The position numbers and the translations under genes were made by a program. Shown here one piece after another: positions 1-8,085 of a stretch of DNA of 24,339 nucleotides; the first letter of the stretch is position 1, and every line of letters begins with the position of its first letter. The notes beneath the pieces were generated by a model. That model did not search any database and was not told the DNA's origin. It saw only the letters and a list, made by a program, of their open reading frames with translations. Origin of the DNA: Fidelibacterota bacterium (lineage in GTDB: Bacteria; Fidelibacterota; Marinisomatia; Marinisomatales; TCS55); assembly GCA_046861385.1 (NCBI GenBank), contig JBHHTW010000031.1, forward strand, positions 1-24,339, read 5' to 3'.

Positions 1-948
1 CACCGTTCTGCTCCCATCGTCGAAATGGTGGCTGAAACACGCCAACTAGTTTCTGATACATTAAATGTACCGGATAATTATAAAATATTATTTTTACAGG
101 GTGGAGCCAGTCTCCAGTTTTCCATGATTCCCATGAATATATTAAAGGATGGAGAATCTGCTGATTATACCGATACAGGTGCATGGTCGGCTAAGGCCAT
201 TAAAGAAGCACAGAGGTACGGAAATGTAAATGTCGTTTGCTCGTCGAAAGAATCGATTTATAATCATATTCCAAAAGAATTTATTCAAAGTGATACTCAA
301 CAGTATCTCCATATCACAAGTAATAACACCATATACGGTACTCAATGGCATGAATTTCCAAAAGCAAATGGGTTTTTGGCTGCCGATATGAGTTCAGAAA
401 TTTTCAGCAGACCTTTTGATGTGAATAAATTTGGAGTCATTTATGCCGGCGCTCAGAAAAATATGGGCCCAGCCGGTGTAACATTGGTTATCATTCGTGA
501 AGATTTGATCGGCAGGGCAGAGCGCGATTTACCGTCCATGCTGGATTTTGCTATTCATGCGGAAAAAGATTCCATGTTCAATACACCGCCGGTGTTTGCC
601 ATCTACGTCGTTAACAGAACACTGCATTGGCTGAAGGAATTAGGTGGTGTAGATGCCATGCATGAAAAGAATAAAGTCAAAGCAAAACTACTCTATGACG
701 AAATTGAGAGAAATTCCATGTTTAAAAGTCCTATTGCTGAAGAAGACCGATCTTTGATGAATGTTCCTTTTGTTTTTGCTGATGGAGGAGATGAACAGCA
801 TTTCCTGGATTATTGTGCACAACGAGGACTCGTTACATTAAAAGGCCACCGTTCGGTGGGAGGATTTAGAGCGTCAATCTATAATGCAATGCCGCAAGAG
901 GGAGTAGAAGCATTGGTCAGGGCTTTGCGTTACTATTCCCAATCATAA
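1..948 (+). CDS. serC: Phosphoserine aminotransferase (5'-truncated by window edge)
   Basis: The frame is open from base 1 (HRSAPIVEM..., the end of the conserved SHRS motif), so the true start lies upstream. Motifs: LQGGASLQF, TGAWS, SNNTIYG, ADMSS, PLP-lysine YAGAQKNMGPAG, NTPP, KGHRSVGGFRASIYN. Confidence 0.97.
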   Translation, partial: HRSAPIVEMVAETRQLVSDTLNVPDNYKILFLQGGASLQFSMIPMNILKDGESADYTDTGAWSAKAIKEAQRYGNVNVVCSSKESIYNHIPKEFIQSDTQQYLHITSNNTIYGTQWHEFPKANGFLAADMSSEIFSRPFDVNKFGVIYAGAQKNMGPAGVTLVIIREDLIGRAERDLPSMLDFAIHAEKDSMFNTPPVFAIYVVNRTLHWLKELGGVDAMHEKNKVKAKLLYDEIERNSMFKSPIAEEDRSLMNVPFVFADGGDEQHFLDYCAQRGLVTLKGHRSVGGFRASIYNAMPQEGVEALVRALRYYSQS

Positions 949-981
949 TTCGTTTAAAATAAAAAATAATTTAAGAGTTTG

Positions 982-1013
982 TGAAAAAGCCCTGGAAATC
1001 CCAAGGCTTTTCA
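982..1013. terminator. Probable bidirectional intrinsic terminator
   Basis: TGAAAAAGCCCTGG-AAATC-CCAAGGCTTTTCA is an imperfect hairpin with A and T tracts, lying between the convergent serC and 1036..1383 genes. Confidence 0.75.
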
Positions 1014-1035
1014 TACTGAGTTAGTTTATTATATC

Positions 1036-1383
1036 TTAATTATTTCCAGATCCCTCGGCGGCTTTTTCATCTTTTTTCTCTGATTCATGCTTACATTTTT
1101 TAGTGTCACCTTTTTTGCAACAAACACCAGAATGTTTAGTGCTATCGCTGTCTGAATGACTGCATTTTTCAGATGAATGTTTCTTACATTTTTCACCATC
1201 TTTATGATCGCATTTTTCGGCTGAATGTTTTTCACATTTTGCAGCATCTTTATGGCTGCATTCTTTCTTTGTGGAATCGGTTTTAGTATCGGTTGAATAA
1301 TTGTATCCACTCACCATTCCAATCGCAACTATTGATAGGATCAGCGCAAATGACATCAGCTTGATTTTTCTTGAATTCATCAT
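1036..1383 (-). CDS. Small exported Cys/His/Lys-rich repeat protein, putatively metal-binding
   Basis: AAGGAG RBS directly upstream (start is the ATG at 1383 or 1380). Basic N-terminus followed by a hydrophobic signal or anchor (LMSFALILSIVAIGMVSG). Mature part has 8 Cys and 7 His. A terminator lies downstream. Confidence 0.75.
   Translation of the reverse strand: MMNSRKIKLMSFALILSIVAIGMVSGYNYSTDTKTDSTKKECSHKDAAKCEKHSAEKCDHKDGEKCKKHSSEKCSHSDSDSTKHSGVCCKKGDTKKCKHESEKKDEKAAEGSGNN
1162..1257. repeat. Intragenic 48-bp tandem repeat, 2 copies with decayed flanks
   Basis: 1162-1209 and 1210-1257 match at 39/48 positions by manual count. The repeat encodes the 16-aa unit CxHKDxxKCxKHSxEK on the minus strand. 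Confidence 0.85.
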
Positions 1384-1403
1384 ATCTCCTTGGGAAATTT
1401 TAT

Positions 1404-1423
1404 TTTGTTAATTCATTAACAAA
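1404..1423. promoter_or_regulatory. Palindromic operator candidate (Rex-box-like)
   Basis: TTTGTTAAT-TC-ATTAACAAA is a perfect 9-bp inverted repeat 20 nt upstream of the Cys/His protein start. Confidence 0.5.
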
Positions 1424-1481
1424 TATTTTAGCGAAATCGTTTCCATATATTAATACATAACATTAATTCTAACATACTATA

Positions 1482-1511
1482 ATTCTATTTTTCCAGTAAA
1501 GATTTAGTCAA
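1482..1511 (-). promoter_or_regulatory. Possible sigma70 promoter for the Cys/His protein gene
   Basis: Minus strand reads TTGACT-N18-TAGAAT. The AT-rich context makes a chance match possible. Confidence 0.3.
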
Positions 1512-1709
1512 GGTAAGGATATTCGAAATTGGGTGATGTGAACTCCGTAAGGGATTTAATAACATTGAAATTGTTTACCTATTCAACCTATTTTTCAACA
1601 ACCTACCTATTACTGAAGGGTTATTTTTCCATTCATGAAAAAATCTTCATATAATTTTGTAACTTTTAGGTTATATAAAGCTCTCAAGAGAAAAAATATC
1701 TAATAAATT

Positions 1710-3335
1710 ATGAATCGATTATTAAAGATAGTGGCAATTACGATTATTTTCGTATCCTTTGGGATTAGCCAGCAAGATGATCCAAACGTTGAGTTTGAAA
1801 GGATTGCATCAGCCATTTCTGCAATTGATTTACTCACTCGTGAGAACGTAGATATACATGAAACCATTTATGATTACCAACCCCAAATAGAATATGCGTT
1901 AGTGTGGCGAGTCCGGGCCATCAGAACATATTTAACATTGAGTGAGAAAGATGTTCTAAAAGCATCTGATATTAATTACCTGAATTATGCAGCAACACGA
2001 TACAAAGAATTACGTGAAAAACTTCTTCTCGGTATTGCAAAATTCGCACCTTTGACGAATAAAAATGTCACTCTCATTATTAACGATGAGAATCCCACAT
2101 TCTTCTACCAAAAAAGTAGAATACGACAATTATTTGGCGGAAAGCCCCAGGAATATATCCAAATCAATCCAAATGACGAAGCTGGGAAAACAGTCGTTAA
2201 GAAATTAAAATTGGGCCTTGCCTTTGCATTGCTATTGTATGATAATTATCTCGTTGCAGTAGCTCCATACGAAGAACATAGTAAACTACGGTTTATTATT
2301 AATGAAATTGGTATTGATCCTGAAGTGGAAGGGTATTTACGAGTTGTATCAGAAAGCTATACAGATAAAAAGAAAATGGCAAGAATGGTTCGAGTCATTG
2401 AATTAGTATCTAAAATCGAACAATGGGAAGCAGATAATCCGTATTCTGATTTGGTAAAAAATGATCCTGATAATGCATACTTAAATTTGCTGATCTATGG
2501 AAGTCCATCATATGCAGACATTCAAGAAAAGGGCAGTGTGGAACTCGAATCTATTTTCGCATTAAACAAGTACAATATTTTCAAAAACGAAGTGGAGGAC
2601 CGTATTCGATTAATCAGCCTCAATGCGACCCATCAAGCGAGCAAATTATTTGGAAATTCAGCGGGGATAATTGTTTCTCGTCAGGGAAAAATGGATCAAA
2701 TTTCAGATGGGGAAAAAACGAAAATTATTTCAAAGCTTCAACCAATGGACATACTATTGGAAAAAGCGCCTTTTCGTTTAACAGATCATCTGATTCCCGG
2801 ATATTGGTCTCATGTGGGACTTTGGTGCGGTAATGAGTTAGAATTGCGGAAATTGGGTGTCTGGGATGAATTACCTGCAATCTACGATGCAGCGAAAATA
2901 AAGTATCATTATTCAGGTCCAAGTTTTCAGGAATTAATTCAAACAGGACATCTAATCATAGAAGCATTGAGACCGGGTGTTCAAATAAACACACTTGAGC
3001 ATTTTTTGAATATTGATGGTCTTGGTGCCATTCGCTGTGATGATCTTACATCGGAAAAGAAGCGATCCTACTTATTAAACGCATTTGCGCAAATTGGAAA
3101 AAATTATGACTTTAACTTTGATGTTGAATCGAAAAATGAAATCGTATGTTCAGAATTAATTTATGTTTCAATTGATGACATGGAGTGGGATACGGAAAAA
3201 ACAATCGGTCGCCATACAATTTCGCCTGATAATGTGGCTCAAAAAATTAAACAGGATAATTTTTCGCCTGTTTTATTGTATTTGGATGCTCAAGAAGTGA
3301 CTGAAAATATTGATGATATATTTCCAATAGATTGA
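1710..3335 (+). CDS. Secreted YiiX/YebB-like permuted papain (NlpC/P60) amidase or cysteine hydrolase with long N-terminal extension
   Basis: Signal peptide-like N-terminus. C-terminal domain has LQPMDILL, IPGYWSHVGL (His), IGKNYDFNFD, IVCSELIY (Cys) and ISPD. The His-before-Cys order is the permuted arrangement. Confidence 0.8.
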   Translation: MNRLLKIVAITIIFVSFGISQQDDPNVEFERIASAISAIDLLTRENVDIHETIYDYQPQIEYALVWRVRAIRTYLTLSEKDVLKASDINYLNYAATRYKELREKLLLGIAKFAPLTNKNVTLIINDENPTFFYQKSRIRQLFGGKPQEYIQINPNDEAGKTVVKKLKLGLAFALLLYDNYLVAVAPYEEHSKLRFIINEIGIDPEVEGYLRVVSESYTDKKKMARMVRVIELVSKIEQWEADNPYSDLVKNDPDNAYLNLLIYGSPSYADIQEKGSVELESIFALNKYNIFKNEVEDRIRLISLNATHQASKLFGNSAGIIVSRQGKMDQISDGEKTKIISKLQPMDILLEKAPFRLTDHLIPGYWSHVGLWCGNELELRKLGVWDELPAIYDAAKIKYHYSGPSFQELIQTGHLIIEALRPGVQINTLEHFLNIDGLGAIRCDDLTSEKKRSYLLNAFAQIGKNYDFNFDVESKNEIVCSELIYVSIDDMEWDTEKTIGRHTISPDNVAQKIKQDNFSPVLLYLDAQEVTENIDDIFPID

Positions 3336-3338
3336 ATA

Positions 3339-5204
3339 ATGAGTATTATTAAAGAAAAACTCAAAAATGTTCCTACCAAGCCGGGCGTATATCAGTTTAA
3401 AAATAATGAGGGTAAAATAATCTATATCGGCAAGGCGATAAATCTCCGGAATCGTGTTCGATCTTACTTTCAAAAGAATAAGTACCAGACGCCAAAAAAT
3501 CAGTCTATGATCAAACGCATTATGGACGTGGAATGGATTGTGGTTCGAAGTAATGTAGAAGCGCTTCTCACCGAAGCAAATATGATCAGGAAAATTAAAC
3601 CCAAATACAATGTGAGTTTAAAAGATGACAAATCATTTCCCTATATCCGGATTACCAACGAACCATTTCCGCAAGTATTTTTAACACGTAAAATTGATAA
3701 GGATGGTTCAAAATATTTCGGACCTTATACAGACGTAAAAAATCTTCGCTATTCATTAAAAGCGCTCCATAAAATATTTCCGGTCCGAAGCTGTACTTTC
3801 TATATGGATGAACGGATTGTTGAGGACAGAAAAATCAAACTATGCCTGGATTATCACATTAAAAAGTGTGAGGGACCCTGTGAAGGAATCGTAAGCAAGG
3901 ATCATTACAATGCCATGATCGACCGTGTGATAAAATTTTTACAAGGGCAAACGAAGGAAACGGAAGATTATATTCATAAACAAATGGAAATAGCAGCGTC
4001 GGATCTTCGATATGAAGATGCGGCAATGTACCGGGATCAACATAATGCCGTCATAAATTTTAAAGAGCGCCAACGGAAAGTAGCCGCCAATTTTGACGAT
4101 CGAGATATTTTCGCCTTGGCTCATGAAAATGATATTGGCATCATGACAATACTTCGAGTCCGTAACGGACGAATATTCGGTCGAGAAAAAGTATCAATTG
4201 AAAACCTGGATGAAAATCAACCGGAAGTATTCTCATCGGTTATTTCAAGGTTTTACATGGATACTGATTTTTTACCAAAAGAAATTACCGTCTCTATTTT
4301 ACCTGAAGGCCGGTATGAATTGGAGGATTGGCTTTCAGAGAAAAAAGGGAGTAAGGTGTCAATTCACCAACCAAAAAAAGGTGAAAAAGCAAAAGAAGTG
4401 AGGTTGTCCTATCAAAATGCAAAACTCCTTTTAGGAGAATGGTTGATCAATCGAAAGAAACGCCGTGAACTGGTTCCCAAAATGGTCAATCAATTGAAAG
4501 AGGATTTACAGTTAAAAGCGCCACCTAGGCGGATTGAGGCGTTCGATATATCTCATTTGGGTGGTACAAATACGGTGGCATCGATGGTTTGTTTTGTGGA
4601 TGGAAAACCCAAGAAATCTAATTATAGAAAGTTTAAAGTAAAAACCATCGTGGGGATTGACGATTTTGCAGCCATGCGGGAAGTAGTTTATCGGCGGTAT
4701 TTAAGGTTGAAAAAAGAGAAAAGCAGCTTTCCCGACCTCATTTTAGTTGACGGTGGAAAGGGTCAATTGAGCATGGCAGTTTCTGCCTTAAGGGAATTGG
4801 GATTGGATTACATTCCGGTAGTTGGATTAGCAAAGCGATTAGAAGAAGTCTTTATCCCCGGGCATTCAGATCCACAGTCATTCCACAAACAATCACCCGG
4901 TGTCATTTTACTTCGCCGGATTAGAGATGAGGCTCACCGATTTGCAATTACGTTTCAAAGAAGTAAACGAAAAAACGTACTCACATCAGTTTTTAATGAT
5001 ATTCCGGGAATGGGTCCTAAACGTGTCAATAAACTGCTGCAAAGCTTTGATTCCACAGAAATGATTGCAAAAACATCTCAAATGGAAATGACTGAAAAAA
5101 CCGGTATTCCTGATAAATTGGCTAAACTGATTATTAAAAAAGCGAAATCGATTATTAATGATAGACTGAACCTCCCTTTGAAAAATGAGGAGACAAAAAG
5201 ATAG
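3339..5204 (+). CDS. uvrC: Excinuclease ABC subunit C
   Basis: GIY-YIG motif (PGVYQF...IIYIGKAINLRNRVRSYF), Cys cluster CLDYHIKKCEGPC, UVR coil, RNase H-like RRIEAFDISH and LILVDGGKGQ, RIRDEAHRFA, HhH DIPGMGPKR. Confidence 0.98.
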   Translation: MSIIKEKLKNVPTKPGVYQFKNNEGKIIYIGKAINLRNRVRSYFQKNKYQTPKNQSMIKRIMDVEWIVVRSNVEALLTEANMIRKIKPKYNVSLKDDKSFPYIRITNEPFPQVFLTRKIDKDGSKYFGPYTDVKNLRYSLKALHKIFPVRSCTFYMDERIVEDRKIKLCLDYHIKKCEGPCEGIVSKDHYNAMIDRVIKFLQGQTKETEDYIHKQMEIAASDLRYEDAAMYRDQHNAVINFKERQRKVAANFDDRDIFALAHENDIGIMTILRVRNGRIFGREKVSIENLDENQPEVFSSVISRFYMDTDFLPKEITVSILPEGRYELEDWLSEKKGSKVSIHQPKKGEKAKEVRLSYQNAKLLLGEWLINRKKRRELVPKMVNQLKEDLQLKAPPRRIEAFDISHLGGTNTVASMVCFVDGKPKKSNYRKFKVKTIVGIDDFAAMREVVYRRYLRLKKEKSSFPDLILVDGGKGQLSMAVSALRELGLDYIPVVGLAKRLEEVFIPGHSDPQSFHKQSPGVILLRRIRDEAHRFAITFQRSKRKNVLTSVFNDIPGMGPKRVNKLLQSFDSTEMIAKTSQMEMTEKTGIPDKLAKLIIKKAKSIINDRLNLPLKNEETKR

Positions 5205-5342
5205 AGGAAAAATTTTCCATTCGTAGGATTGGATGATAGAGTCAGAGAGAAAAAATAGAAATGAATATTTAAATTCAATTCATAAAAGGTAGCTATTAAA
5301 TAGACAAGGGTTAATGAAAACAATCAAAATTATTACAGGACA

Positions 5343-5466
5343 TGAGTTAAGAATCGGAAGAGATAGGAGACTTGACTATCGGATTGGGGATTAGCGCTAT
5401 CGTATTTAACTCAACGCTCCTTCGTCGCTTTTTTGTCAAGTTCGATTCATACGACTATTAGGTGCC
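5343..5466. repeat. Degenerate structured intergenic palindromic element (attC-like or REP-like)
   Basis: Inverted repeats GAATCG (5351-56)/CGATTC (5443-48), ACTTGAC (5370-76)/GTCAAGT (5435-41) and TGAGTTAA (5343-50)/TTAACTCA (5406-13). The element ends in CTATTAGGTGC. Confidence 0.35.
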
Positions 5467-5574
5467 GGTTTAATAATCAATAGTAATGTTGAGTATAGAT
5501 TCTTTGGTGTTCGTTAAATTAATAAGTTCCAAATCACTCGTTGAAGATTAAATAAACCTTATATTCGATACATA

Positions 5575-7425
5575 ATGCGCAAACTATATACAATTATTAT
5601 TTATCTGTCACTACTTTTTGCACAAAATTCCAATGATGAGTATATTTTGATTAAAGTAAATAGGGGCATCAAAAAAACCACCTTCAAAACGACTTTACAA
5701 TCATCTAATTATTCTATCGAAAAACCGATTGTAAAACGCCTTGGCATTTATAAGATTCGGATAATAAATAAACAAATAACTGCCCAAATTGCTCTTGAGG
5801 AAATGCGAAACAATCCCTGGGTGGAAAAAGCGCAATTAGATCATAATATCACACTTCGTCAAACATTTCCAAACGATAATCAATTTGAGCAGCAATGGAG
5901 TATGCATAATACTGAACAAAACAGTGGGACGCCGGATGCAGATATTGATGCACCGGAAGCTTGGGATATTTCTACAGGTGGATTGAATGCTCTGGGAGAT
6001 ACCATCGTTGTGGCTGTTGTCGATGATGGTATTATGGCTGATCACCAGGATTTAGCACCGAATATATGGACGAATTATCATGAAATACCGGACAATGGAA
6101 TCGATGACGATCATAACGGTTATATTGATGATATTCACGGCTGGGATGCTTATGATAGTGACGGTTCAATCCCAAGCATTGGCCACGGAACTCATGTGGC
6201 GGGTATCATCGGTGCGAAAGGGAATAATGAATATCGAATCGCTGGCGTCAATTGGAATGTAAAGCTTATGACAGCCCGCGTAAAAACTCCAACCACTTCT
6301 ATAATACTTGAAGCGCTCGGATATATTTTGGATCAGAGAGCCTTATATGATTCTACGAATGGCGATATAGGCGCATTTGTAGTCGCGACAAATAGTAGTT
6401 TTGGGGTAGATAAAGCTGATTGCAGTTCGGCAGATTATTCATTATGGAATGATATGTATGATGCCATGGGAGAATATGGAATATTAAGCGCCACAGCCAC
6501 CATGAATACAAATTTAGACGTCGACAGCACGGGAGATGTCCCTACAGGCTGCGAAAGTGATTATATCATCACGGTGACCAATACAATGAGTAACGATGTA
6601 AAAAACCCCAGCGCTGCTTACGGCGCTGTTTCTATTGATCTTGGCGCACCGGGGACAGGAATTCTTTCCACATATACGGGTGGAGGAACTATTACACTGA
6701 CTGGTACATCATTCGCCTCTCCCCACGTGGCAGGCGCAGTAGCGTTGATGCACTCAATCATGTCGCCCGGCTTTGCACAATACTATAAAAAGGATGGTTC
6801 TAGCGCAGCGGTAATTATTAAACAAATGATCCTTGATGGGACAGATCCGGTATCATCATTGAATGGTATAACGGTGAGCGGCGGCAGATTAAATATTTAC
6901 CATACTGCTTTATTAGTAAAGGAATATAAAGCCGTTGATTTGCTGGACCCAAATCCCGTGACAAATCTGGAAGCAGATACATCAAAATGGCATCAGGTAT
7001 CATTAAGTTGGGACGATCCGACATCATTGTTTGGGAATGATTCCATATCTGATTTTGTAATAGATATTCATCGCAACAGTCTTTTTAGGACGAGTATTCC
7101 CATGGGTGTTGAATCCTTTACGGATTATGGACTCATAAACGGCAATGCTTATCATTTTTCTCTAATCACACGAGTTATTAGTAACGATTCAACTTCATCA
7201 CCGGCAGAAATTACCGTAATCCCTATTGGTGGAAGATGTTTGTCGGGTGATGTCAATAGAGATCAGAAGATCAGTCTCAAAGATGTTGATAAAATACGGT
7301 TATTTATACTTGGAGAGGATTTGCCGGATAATAAAGATATCTGCGCGGCTGATATGGATTATGACGGAGAAATAACCATCGCTGATGTGTTACTGCTCGT
7401 GGATATTATTTTGGATCGACCCTGA
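5575..7425 (+). CDS. Secreted S8 subtilisin-family serine peptidase with FN3-like and dockerin type I domains
   Basis: Signal peptide and propeptide. Catalytic triad motifs VVAVVDDG, GHGTHVAGII and GTSFASPHVAG. Ca-binding NGIDDDHNGYIDD. FN3-like PNPVTNL...VSLSWDDP...SFTDYGL. Duplicated dockerin loops GDVNRDQKISLKD and ADMDYDGEITIADV. Confidence 0.93.
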   Translation: MRKLYTIIIYLSLLFAQNSNDEYILIKVNRGIKKTTFKTTLQSSNYSIEKPIVKRLGIYKIRIINKQITAQIALEEMRNNPWVEKAQLDHNITLRQTFPNDNQFEQQWSMHNTEQNSGTPDADIDAPEAWDISTGGLNALGDTIVVAVVDDGIMADHQDLAPNIWTNYHEIPDNGIDDDHNGYIDDIHGWDAYDSDGSIPSIGHGTHVAGIIGAKGNNEYRIAGVNWNVKLMTARVKTPTTSIILEALGYILDQRALYDSTNGDIGAFVVATNSSFGVDKADCSSADYSLWNDMYDAMGEYGILSATATMNTNLDVDSTGDVPTGCESDYIITVTNTMSNDVKNPSAAYGAVSIDLGAPGTGILSTYTGGGTITLTGTSFASPHVAGAVALMHSIMSPGFAQYYKKDGSSAAVIIKQMILDGTDPVSSLNGITVSGGRLNIYHTALLVKEYKAVDLLDPNPVTNLEADTSKWHQVSLSWDDPTSLFGNDSISDFVIDIHRNSLFRTSIPMGVESFTDYGLINGNAYHFSLITRVISNDSTSSPAEITVIPIGGRCLSGDVNRDQKISLKDVDKIRLFILGEDLPDNKDICAADMDYDGEITIADVLLLVDIILDRP

Positions 7426-7947
7426 TAGTAATTCTTCAATATTTATGATCATTTCTTTGAATTCTTCTTCATTAAATAATCTCGTCAGGAAGACAATTTT
7501 ACCTTTTTGATCAATAATTACATTTCGAGTGACGCCGGCTTCTTTATCGGCAAATAGTCCAAATATATTCGCTCCAGGATCCAATGCCATTGGATACGTA
7601 ATCTTCATTTCATCCTTAAATTTCAATACTACGTCTAACGGTTCATCGCGATCTACACCGATTAACATAAAATCCTGACTCTTAAATCTTTGCCAAACCT
7701 CATTTTCCAGATGAGGCATTTCTTTGCGGCAAACGGAACACCAACTGGCGGTAAACTGTAAAACAGCCACTTTTCCTTTCAGGTCAGTTTTAACCATGGT
7801 TCTGCCGTCAATAAGTTGCAACGTAAAATCAGGTGCATTGTCCCCGACTTTGACAATATACCCTCTCTCATCTGGTTCAATACCTATTATGAAACTTGAA
7901 ATTTGAAATAGGAAAAATATTATTTTGATCATTTTACTCATTATCAT
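7390..7947 (-). CDS. TlpA/ResA-like thiol-disulfide oxidoreductase (redoxin family)
   Basis: Signal-like N-terminus, VGDNAPDFTL, QFTASWCSVCRKEMP (CxxC), IIDQKGKI. The start may be 7947, 7941 or 7932. The 3' end overlaps the S8 gene by 36 nt. Confidence 0.88.
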   Translation of the reverse strand: MIMSKMIKIIFFLFQISSFIIGIEPDERGYIVKVGDNAPDFTLQLIDGRTMVKTDLKGKVAVLQFTASWCSVCRKEMPHLENEVWQRFKSQDFMLIGVDRDEPLDVVLKFKDEMKITYPMALDPGANIFGLFADKEAGVTRNVIIDQKGKIVFLTRLFNEEEFKEMIINIEELLSGSIQNNIHEQ

Positions 7948-8039
7948 TGTTTTCCGAATATTCGTTACGATTCATATTGATTACTTCGTCTATGGTAATG
8001 CAATATCAACGCGGCTGATGTACTCCATACAACAAGCTA

Positions 8040-8067
8040 CCCAGCCTACGAATCTACGATGGGCAGG
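8040..8067. repeat. Decayed short REP-like hairpin
   Basis: CCCAGCCTACGAATCTACGATGGGCAGG shares the GGGCAGG end with the hairpin at 10912-10961. The stem is imperfect. Confidence 0.3.
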
Positions 8068-8085
8068 CACTCCACTATTCACCAG

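Noticed and set aside
1029..1310. 93-aa alternative-frame ORF with repeats (KNAAIK/KNAIIK)
   Set aside because: It is a same-strand frame shadow of the 48-bp repeat. The 1036..1383 frame has the RBS, signal peptide and Cys/His pattern.
5078..5323. 81-aa hydrophobic minus-strand ORF
   Set aside because: It overlaps the uvrC 3' end in antisense, and its F/L/S richness simply mirrors the A-rich plus strand.
5436..5452. GTTCGATTC resembling a tRNA T-loop
   Set aside because: The flanks TCAAG and CATAC do not form a 5-bp T-stem, and there is no acceptor stem or cloverleaf.
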